Shown piece after piece: positions 55,301 through 64,000 of a DNA stretch of 64,000 nt. The notes under the pieces are model-generated. The model saw only the letters and a list, made by a program, of their open reading frames with translations, was not told the DNA's origin and ran no database searches. Each line of letters begins with the position of its first letter. Position 1 is the stretch's first letter. The position numbers and the translations under genes are program-made. The stretch is from NCBI GenBank assembly GCA_002189035.1, contig NEEC01000013.1, positions 2,356,001 to 2,420,000 on the forward strand, written 5' to 3'. Source of the DNA: Utricularia gibba (lineage: Eukaryota; Plantae; Magnoliophyta).

Positions 55301-57900
55301 GACGCGAATGTCATTTCATGCATGCAAAACAATGATGCATTTCATTGGACGATGTTAAATTTCGGATTTCGAGGCAATCCGTTACAGTGCCTTGGGTGTT
55401 CCAACCCGATCTCATGATGTGCTCGTGCAATCTCATATCTCATCGATATCCGCAACCGTGTGAATCGATTTTTCGATATTTCATGCATGTGCATAACCGC
55501 GATCCGACAGTGCCGGTCGAATTTCAATCAATACTCCATCGGACGAACCGTTTCGTTTATTTTTGCCTGATAATAGCCCACACTTGTGCCACAAAGCGGC
55601 CACCACGTACGCGACAATGCATGCACTGCATTTCATTGGAAACCGCAACAGTGCGACGATGAATGTCATTTCATAGCATGCATATAAAGCAAATGCATTT
55701 CATTGACGATGTTGTGCCACAATTTGCGGATTGTCATGCAAAAACAAATGCATTTCATTGGACGATGTTAAATTTCGGATTTCGATACAGTGCCTCGGGG
55801 TGATGGCCTCGTGCAATGTCGACACCTCACATGGCCTCGCTGAGCCGGTCGAATTTCGTGTTCAAAGTTTGACGAACCGTTACAGCTCGTATTTTTGCCT
55901 GATAATAGCCCACACTTGTGCCATTCTTGAAAACCATAGCATGCAGCATTTCAAACTATGCAGTGCGATATGCATTTCATATCTTGCTAGTGAGTCGCTT
56001 GATATAGCCGAAGCCGGTCGAATTTTTTGCAAGTTTCACAAAGCGGCCACCACGTACGCGACAATGCGACTTAGGAAACCGCAATCGACGCGAATGTCAT
56101 TTCATGCATGCAAAACAAATGCATTTCATTGGACGATGTTAAATTTCGGATTTCGAAGCGATCCATTACAGTGCCTCGGGGGTGGTCCAACCAACACCTC
56201 ATGATGGCCTCGTGCATTGTTTGGTACCTCGTCGATATCTTGCAAACCGTAGTGAGTCACGCTTTGCTTGATATAGCGTTTCGAAGCTCGCTCCCAGCCG
56301 GTTGAATTTTGTGTTCAAAGTTTCTCCATCCGACGAACCGTTACAGCTCGAATTTTCGCGTGATAATAGCCCACACTTGTGCCACAAAGTGGCCACTACG
56401 ATCACGACAATGCGCCTCAAGACTCCAGAATCGACGCGAATGTCATTTTATGCTTGCAAAACAAATTCATTTCATTGGACGATTTTAAATTTCGGATTTC
56501 GAGGCGATCCGTTACACTGTCTCGGGTGTGGTCCAACCCACACCTCATGATGGCCTCGTGCATTGTTTGGTACCTCGTCGATATCTTGAAAACCGTAGTG
56601 ATTCACGCTTTGCTTGATATAGCGTTTCGAAGCTCGCTCCGAGCCGGTCGAATTTTGTGTTCAGAGTTTCTGATTCCGACGAACCGTTATAGCTCGAATT
56701 TTTGCCTGATAATAGCCCACACTTGTGCCACAAAGTGGCCACCACGCACGCGACAATGCGACTGAGGACACCGCAATCGACGTGAATGTCATTTCATGCT
56801 TGCAAAACAAATGCATTTCATTGGACGATGTTAAATTTCGGATTTCGAGGCGATCCGTTACAGTGCCTCTGGTGTGGTCCAACCCACACCTCATGATGGC
56901 CTCGTGCATCGTTTGGTATCTCGTCGATATCTTGAAAACCGTAGTGAGTCACGCTTTGCTTGATATAGCATTTCGAAGCTCGCTCCGAGCCGGTCGACTT
57001 TTGTGTTCAAAGTTTCTCCGTTCGACGAACCGTTACAGTTCCAATTTTTGCCTGATAATGGCCACCACGTTCGCAACAATGCGACTTAGGACACCGCAAT
57101 CGACACGAATGTGATTTGTGGCTCTCAAAACACGAGCCGGTCGAATTTTGTGTTCAAAGTTTCTCCATCCGACAAACCGTTACAGCTCGTATTTTTGCCA
57201 GATAGTAGCCCACACTTGTGCCACAAAGTGGCCACCACGTTCACGACAATGCGACTCGGGACATCGGAATCGACGCGAATGTCATTTCATGCATGCAAAA
57301 CAAATGCATTTCATTGGACGATGTTAAATTTCGGATTTCGAAGCGATCCGATACAGTGCCTCGGGTGTGGTCCAATGCACACCTCATGATGGCCTCGTGC
57401 ACCGTTTGGTATCTCGTCGATATCTTGAAAACCATAGTGAGTCAAACTATGCTTGATATAGCATTTCGAAGCTCGCTCCGAGCCGGTCGAATTTTGTGTT
57501 CAAAGTTTCTGCATCCTTCGAATCGTTATAACTCGAATTTTTGCCTGATAATAGCCCGCACTCGTGCCACAAAGTGGCTACCACGCACACGACAATGCGA
57601 CTGAGGACACCGCAATCGACGTAAATGTCATTTCATGCATGCAAAACAAATGCATTTCATTGGACGATGTTAAATTTCGGATTTCGAGGCGATCCGTTAT
57701 AGTGCCTCTGGTGTGGTCCAACCCACACCTCATGATGGCCTCGTGCATCTTTGTGTATCTCGTCGATATCTTGAAAACCATAGTGAGTCAAACTATGCTT
57801 GATATAGCATTTCGAAGCTCGCTCTGAGCCGGTCGAATTTTGTGTTCAAAGTTTCTGCATCCGACGAACCGTTACAGCTCGTATTTTTGCCTGATAATAG
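49330..57900 (+). repeat. Right inner-flank zone with a recurring ordered cassette of about five variant monomers (higher-order-repeat-like)
   Basis: Distinct variants recur in similar order. X: gaagcgatccgatacag...ccaatgcacacc...gagtcaaactatgc. Y: caccacaatc...ccgcaactc...caatgtttcgcatcc. Z: gatccattacag...gggggtggtccaaccaacacc...cccagccggttg. W: cgcctcaagac...gacgattttaaa...cagagtttctgattcc. V: gacgtgaatg...catgcttgc. The best X-Y-Z-W-V copy is at 51862-~53400 and a clean Z-W-V copy is at ~56040-57060. Confidence 0.7.
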
Positions 57901-59560
57901 CCCACACTTGTGCCACAAAGTGGCCACCACGTACGCGACAATGCGACTGAGGACACCGCAATCGACGCGAATGTCATTTAATGCATGCAAAACAAATGCA
58001 TTTCACTGGACGATGTTAAATTTCGGATTTCGAGGCAATCCGTTACATTGCCTCTGGGGTGGTCCAACCCACACCTCATGATGGCCTCATGCATTGTTTG
58101 GTACCTCGTCGATATCTTGCAAACCGTAGTGAGTCACGCTTTGCTTGATATAGCGTTTCGAAGCTCGCTCCTAGCCGGTTGAATTTTGTGTTCAAAGTTT
58201 CTCCATCCGACGAACCGTTGCAGCTCGTATTTTTGCCTGATAATAGCCCACACTTGTGCCACAAAGTGGCCACCACGTACGCGACAATGCGACTGAGGAC
58301 ACCGCAATCGACGCGAATGTCATTTCATGCATGCAAAACAAATGCATTTTCATTGGACGATGTTAAATTTCGGATTTCGAGGTGATCCGTTACAGTGCCT
58401 CGGGTGTGGTCCAACCCACACCTCATGATGGCCTCGTGCACCGTTTGGTATCTCGTCGATATCTTGAAAACCGTAGTGAGTCACGCTTTGCTTGATATAG
58501 CGTTTCGAAACTCGCTCCGAGCCGGTTGAATTTCGTGTTCAAAGTTTCTCCATCCGACGAACCGTTAAAGCTCGTATTTTTGCCTGATAATAGCCCACAC
58601 TTGTGCCACAAAGTGGCCACAACGTACGCGACAATGCGACTGAGGACACCACAATCGACGCGAATGTCATTTCATGCATGCAAAACAAATGCATTTCATT
58701 GGACGATGTTAAATTTCGGATTTCGAGGCGATCCGTTAGAATGCCTCAGGTGCGGTCCAACCCACACCTCATGATGGCCTCGTGCACTGCTTGGTTTCTC
58801 GTCGATATCCTACAAACCGTAGTGAGTCACGCTTTGCTTGATATACCGTTACGAAGCTCTCTTCGAGCCGGTCGAATTTCGTGTTCAAAGTTTCTCCATC
58901 CGACGAACCGTTACAGCTCGTATTTTTGCCTGATAATAGCCCATACTTGTGCCACAAAGTGGCCACCACGTTCACGACAATGCGACTCGGGACATCGAAA
59001 TCGACGCGAATGTCATTTCATGCATGCAAAACAAATGCATTTCATTGGACGATGTTAAATTTCGGATTTCGAAGCGATTCGATACAGTGCCTCGGGTGTG
59101 GTCCAACCCACACCTCATGATGGCCTCGTGCACCGTTTGGTATCTCGTCGATATCTTGAAAACCGTAGTGAGTCACGCTTTGCTTGATATAGCGTTTCGA
59201 AACTCGCTCCGAGCCGGTTGAATTTTGTGTTCAAAGTTTCTGCATCCTTCGAATCGTTATAGCTCGAATTTTTGCCTGATAATAGCCCACACTTGTGCCA
59301 CAAAGTGGCCACCACGGTCGTGACAATGCGACTGAGGACACCGCAATCGACGCGAATGTCATTTCATGCATGCAAAACAAATGCATTTCATTGGACGATG
59401 TTAAATTTCGGCTTTCGAGGCGATCCATTACAGTGCCTCGGGTGTGGTCCAACCCACAACTCATGATGGCCTCGTGCACCGTTTGGTATCTCGTCGATAT
59501 CTTGAAAACCATAGTGAGTCACGCTTTGCTTGATATAGCGTTTCGAAGCTCGCTCCAAGC
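57901..59560 (+). repeat. Right intermediate monomer layer (clean, substitution-type divergence)
   Basis: Full-length ~346-bp units with scattered substitutions and almost no indels, grading from core-like to outer-like sequence. Boundaries are approximate. Confidence 0.75.
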
Positions 59561-61700
59561 CACTCGACTTTTGTGTTCAAAGTTTCTTCTTCCTATGAAC
59601 CGTTAGAGCTCGAATTTCAGCCTTGTGTTCACCCAAACTTGTGTCACAAAGTGGCCTCTAGGTTCGCGACAATGCGACTCGGGACACTGGAATCGACGCG
59701 AATATCATTTCATGCTTTCAAAACAAATGTCTTTCATTGGGCGATGTTAAATTTCGGATTTCGAAGCGATCCGTTACAATATCTTGGGTGTGGTCCAACC
59801 CACACCTCATGCTCCCCTCGGACATCGTTCTTTATCTAGTCGATATATTGCAAACCGAAATGAGTACCCCGTGCTTGAAATAGCATTTCGAAGCTCGCTC
59901 CAAGCCAGTCGACTTTTGTGTTGAAAGTTTCTTCGTCCTGCGAACCGTTCGAGCTCGAATCACAGCCTTGTGTTCTCCCACACTTGTGCCACAAAGTGGC
60001 CTCCACATTCGCGACAATGCGACTCGGGAAACCGGAATCGACGGGAATTTCATTTCATGCTTTCAAAACAAATGCATTTCATTGGACGATGTTAAATTTC
60101 GGATTTCGAAGCGATCCGTTACAATGCCTCGGGTGTGGTTCAACCCACCCCTCATGCTCCCCTCGGGCATCGTTCTTTATCTAGTCGATATCTTGCAAAC
60201 CGTAATGAGTACCCCGTGCTTGATATAGCGTTTCGAAGCTCGCTCCAAGCCAGTCGACTTTTGTGTTGAAAGTTTCTTCGTCCTACGAACCGTTCGAGCT
60301 CGAATCACAGCCTTGTGTTCTCCCACACTTGTGCCACAAAGTGGCCTCCACATTCGCGACAATGCGACTCGGGAAACCGGAATCGACGGGAATTTCATTT
60401 CATGCTTTCAAAACAAATGCATTTCATTGGACGATGTTAAATTTCGGATTTCGAAGCGATCCGTTACAATGCCTCGGGTGTGGTCCAACCCACCCCTCAT
60501 GCTCCCCTCGGGCATCGTTCTTTATCTAGTCGATATCTTGCAAACCGTAATGAGTACCCCGTGCTTGATATAGCGTTTCGAAGCTCGCTCCAAGCCAGTC
60601 GACTTTTGTGTTGAAAGTTTCTTCGTCCGACAAAACGTTAGAGCTCGAATTACAGCCTTGTGTTCGCCCACACTTGTGCCACAAAGTGGCCACCACGTTC
60701 GCGACAATGCGACTGAGGACACCGCAATCGACGCGAATGTGATTTCTGGCTCTCAAAACATATGCATTTCATTGGACAAAGTTAAATTTCGGATTTCGAA
60801 GCGATCCGTTACAATGCCTCGGGTGTGGTCCAACCTAAACCTCATGCTCCCCTCGGGCATCGTTCTTTATCTAGTCGATATCTTGCAAACCGTAATGAGT
60901 ACCCCGTGCTTGATATAGCGTTTCGAAGCTCGCTCCGAGCCAGTCAACTTTATTGTTCAAAGGTTCTTCGTCCGACGAACCGTTAGAGCTCGAATTTTAG
61001 CCTAATGTTGGCCATCACTTGTGCCACAAAGTGGCCACCACGTTCGCGACAATGCGACTCGGGACACCGGAATCGATGCGAATGTGATTTCTGGCTTGCA
61101 AAACATATGCATTTCATTTGGCGATGTTAAATTTCGGATTTCGAGGGCATCCGTTACAGTGCCTCGGGTGTGGACCAACCCACACCTCATGGTCCCCTCG
61201 TGCATCGTTCGGTATCTAGTCGATATCTTGCAAACCGTATTGAGTCACGGTGCGCTTGATATAGCGTTTCGAAGCTGGCTCCAAGCTGGTTGACTTTTGT
61301 GTTGAAAGATTCTTCGTCCGACGAACCGTTAGAGCTCGAATTTTAGCCTTATGTTTGCCCACACTTGTGCCACAAAGTGGCCACCACGTTCACGACAATG
61401 CGATTCGGGACATCGGAGTCGACGCGAATGTGATATCTGGCTTGCAAAACATATGCATTTCATTGGGCAATGTTAAATTTTGGATTCCGAGGCAATCCGT
61501 TCAATGCCTCGGGTGTGGTCCAACCCACACCTCATGCTGGCCTCATGCACTATTCGGTATCTAGTCGAATTCTTGCAAACCGTAATGAGTCCCGGTGCGC
61601 TTGGTATACCGTTTCGAAGCTCGTTCCGAGCGAATCGACTTTTGTGTTGAAAGCTTCATTGTCAAATGATGCCTTGGAGCTCGAAATTTTACCTCCTATT
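59561..61700 (+). repeat. Right outer (old) monomer layer, including a recent local duplication of a 345-bp diverged unit
   Basis: Outer-layer diagnostics return (gttagagctcgaattttagccttatgtt at ~61328, cggtgcgcttgatatag at ~61248, cggtatctag). Units 59968-60312 and 60313-60657 are nearly identical to each other. Confidence 0.85.
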
Positions 61701-62350
61701 AGCTTTCAATGGTGAGTGAGAGTGGTTAGGCTCTTTGCTACATTGTGATTCGAGACACCCGTCTCGACGTGAAGGTGATTTTCGACTTTCAAAGCATGTG
61801 AGTTTCTTTGTGTGATGTGAAATTTTTTATTTCCAAGGCTATCTTTGTCAATGCTCTGAGTTTCTTTGAACTTAGCGGACATTTTCAAACCAATATGTGG
61901 CCTCATGCACCAAATGGTAATGAGTTACATTGCACACAGCATATTGTTTCAATGTTTGTTCCAAGTTGATCGTTTTTTGTGTTGAAAAACCATTCCTCTG
62001 AAGGAAACCTTGGAGCTGGAATATTGGTCATATGTTAGACTTCAGCAGTGGCACAAAGTAGCCAGACTGTTCATGACATTAGAATTCGAGACACTTGTGT
62101 TGATGCGAAGGTGATTTTGATCTTTTAAAACATGTGAGTTTCGTTGAATGATGTGGAATTTTTTATTTTCAAAGCGATCCCTTACATGGCTCCATGTGTG
62201 TTTGGATCGATGGGCATTTCCAAACCAATATGTGGCCTCGTGTATTGTTCGTAATCAACATGATATCTTCCAAACCATGATAAGTGACTTTACGCACAAG
62301 CATACCGTTTTGAAGCTTGTTCTGAATCGATTATCTTTTGTGTTGGAAGG
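61701..62350 (+). repeat. Two terminal, highly decayed satellite monomers at the right end of the array
   Basis: Remnant motifs are still alignable, for example gtggcacaaagtagcc (62048), cgaaggtgatttt, ggcctcgtgtattgttcg, gatatcttccaaacc and ttttgaagcttgttctg. Many CG>TG changes are present. Confidence 0.8.
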
Positions 62351-64000
62351 ATGAAGGTATCAGCAAAGGTCTATGGGTGGAATCAAGGTGCACTAGATCA
62401 CTTGGCTCTTGGATCAGTCTTGTATTTCTCTCTTGGAAATTCAATTCCCTAGGTGTCAACAACACAAGTGGAGAAGAAATAGCTCATAGACTATTTCTTA
62501 CATGCTCTCAACGTCATATGGCTAGCTAGAGATGCAACATAGGGAAGCGACTTACACATGTTCATCGGAAGAGTTGAAAGATAGAGCATTCATAATTCCA
62601 TGGTGTAATGGGACTATGGCTCTCTAATATCCTATAGCTGGAGGGTTCTCATGCATTGTAGTTGGGATTTTGTGATGGAGAGCATTTGGGATGAGTTCTC
62701 AAAGGTGTGTTCTTATCAACCTAACAACAGTACACTTGTCACTAGAAGTTACCAAAGGACTGATCTTGCCGAAAAGATTAAAACTTTGGCGATCGTGAGT
62801 CCAAGGGACATCCTAAAGTACACAACATAAGGCAAGGAATCATTTGTGATAACATATGTTTTTGAGTATTCTAAGGTAGGAAAAATGATTAATATTTTAT
62901 TATAAAAATCAGATTATATTGTGTGTTTCTACATTTTTGTGATTATCAGCATAGTATGCGTCTTTTATTCCTAATTGGAACTAAATCAAGATTTAGTCCC
63001 AACCTTAGTTCTAATCACTTTCTTGAGCAATGCAGCACGTTTTAACAGCTCAAATCCCAAAGAACCGAAAAGCAAACAATGGAGGCATCATGAAAAGAGG
63101 ACAAAAGCTGAAAGAAGTACATCAAATCCTAATGTAGAGAAAAAAAGTAGATTTTTGGAATAATAAAGAAAGAGAAGACTAACTCCCATTAAAGAACATG
63201 AAAACAATTCTTGGAGGGGATCTAGTAGAAGGAGTAGCAGAACCATGGAGGATGAAGAAGACAAAACCATGATCCAAGTCATTTTTTGAAGCTTTCTCAT
63301 GCTTGTGAAGGACACTATTCTTAACTAGGAGTTGTTTTAGCTTTTTTTGCGAGAACTATTTGTTGTTTATGTTTCTGTTATGCGTTTTATGTTGTTTTTT
63401 AACTTTAGAACCAAAATGATGTTTATGAAATGTCATGAAAGTGTTTTTCTTTTTCTTAGTATGAGTGGCTAAGCACTTGGGGGTACCTTTGGACAAAGGG
63501 GGGTGAGCATGCTTATTGTTCACTAGATCATACTATCATTTAATCACTCTATTTACTTAACAAAATAGGATAGATCTAGGAGGAGTGGTTTTCATCATAA
63601 ACAGCCCAAATTAGAGATAGATAAAAAAATTAGGGAAAAACAAAGGTTTGGGTAAACTTGAGCCTTTGCTTGTTAGATGAATGATTTTAGGTTTAAATGG
63701 GATAGTTGTAGTGATTAACATGCTACCCCTGAGTGTCCCAAGGCATTATCTTCTTTTATTTTACATAAACATCTGCTTTTACCTGTTTACTATCTTTCTG
63801 CATATTATCGTCGAATTGCTTTAATCATAATTTAGACTAAATCTCTTAAATGTGACAAAATATGAATGTATTGACTTTTACATAACAAACACCTAGCTTC
63901 TTGTATTCGACCCTAGTCCACTATGCTCATATTTTTTATATGATTGATTGTGAATTAGGTTATAAATTTTATTTGATAGGGAAATTAGCATTTTAACAAT
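62351..64000. other. Unique AT-rich non-satellite flank, possibly a degenerate LTR-retrotransposon remnant
   Basis: No monomer homology and clearly lower GC, with T-rich and purine-rich tracts. Weak retroelement-like hints are ggtatcag at ~62355, a purine/G run ggacaaagggggg followed by tga at ~63491-63506, and gtattcgaccct at ~63903. None is diagnostic without a database search. Confidence 0.35.
62975..63289 (+). pseudogene. Possible decayed low-complexity (K/R/S/E/D-rich) ORF remnant, unidentified
   Basis: The track ORF 62975-63163 (...KEPKSKQWRHHEKRTKAERSTSNPNVEKKSRFLE) ends in TAA TAA. The same frame then continues RKRRLTPIKEHENNSWRGSSRRSSRTMEDEEDKTMIQVIF to TGA at 63287-63289. No recognisable domain. 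Confidence 0.2.

Larger units (their letters stand above)
1..62350 (+). repeat. Tandem satellite DNA array, 346-bp monomer, head-to-tail, single orientation, roughly 180-200 units
   Basis: The same unit recurs throughout. In clean stretches identical ORF starts fall 346 bp apart (17668/18014/18360; 16400/16746; 12583/12929; 56379/56725). Recognisable monomer homology runs from the first base to about 62,350. I noticed no reverse-complement copies by eye. Confidence 0.98.

Noticed and set aside
7195-56040. CRISPR-like appearance of conserved blocks separated by variable patches
   Set aside because: The conserved block is hundreds of bp rather than 23-50 bp, the variable parts are damaged monomer sequence of irregular length rather than unique spacers, and no cas genes or leader are present.
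1-62350. 5S rDNA or other tandem RNA-gene array, since the unit length is in the 5S range
   Set aside because: I see no match to the conserved 5S rRNA sequence or its internal promoter boxes, no tRNA cloverleaf, and no snRNA motifs. The only T run (tattttt) is not preceded by a recognisable gene.
141-62354. Hundreds of 60-234 aa ORFs, such as MPQSGHHVRDNATEDT..., MFKVSPSDEPLQ... and MVATLWHKCG...
   Set aside because: They are translations of the same 346-bp repeat on both strands. Many start at GTG or TTG, the frame shifts every unit (346 is not a multiple of 3), stops and frameshifts vary freely between copies, and I recognise no domain.
62874-62948. Intron-like segment (aag|gtagga ... ttatcag)
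   Set aside because: Splice-like words are common in AT-rich DNA, and the flanks give no convincing exon reading frame.
63088-63315. Minus-strand hydrophobic ORF (MSFTSMRK...VLLLLLLDP...)
   Set aside because: It is the antisense shadow of a purine-rich plus-strand tract, which produces Leu, Ser and Phe runs. It is short and has no other support.
63625-63700. Telomere-like words (ttaggg, ttttaggtttaaatggg)
   Set aside because: These are isolated matches with no tandem TTTAGGG or TTAGGG array, so they give no evidence of a subtelomeric position.

Overview
About 97% of this window (~1-62,350) is one head-to-tail tandem satellite DNA array with a 346-bp monomer (hand count ~50% GC, ~31 CpG per unit). 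It holds roughly 180-200 units, and I saw no inversion or transposon insertion in it. The array ends in two heavily CpG-decayed monomers, followed by ~1.65 kb of unique AT-rich sequence that may be a degenerate retroelement remnant. The sequence looks eukaryotic, probably plant heterochromatin, but the species and satellite family cannot be named from the sequence alone. Nearly all ORFs in the six-frame track are translations of the repeat, and no protein-coding gene, RNA gene or CRISPR array is supported. The array is organised in nested layers: the same old monomer variants occur at both ends, intermediate variants lie inside them, and a near-identical young variant fills the centre. There are also local higher-order repeats and traces of an older ~173-bp half-unit. 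The stretch ~7.2-56.0 kb is full of deletions and scrambled patches that look like long-read consensus artefacts in a collapsed repeat, so fine structure there is unverified. I did not find a convincing novel gene system; the interest lies in the satellite architecture.
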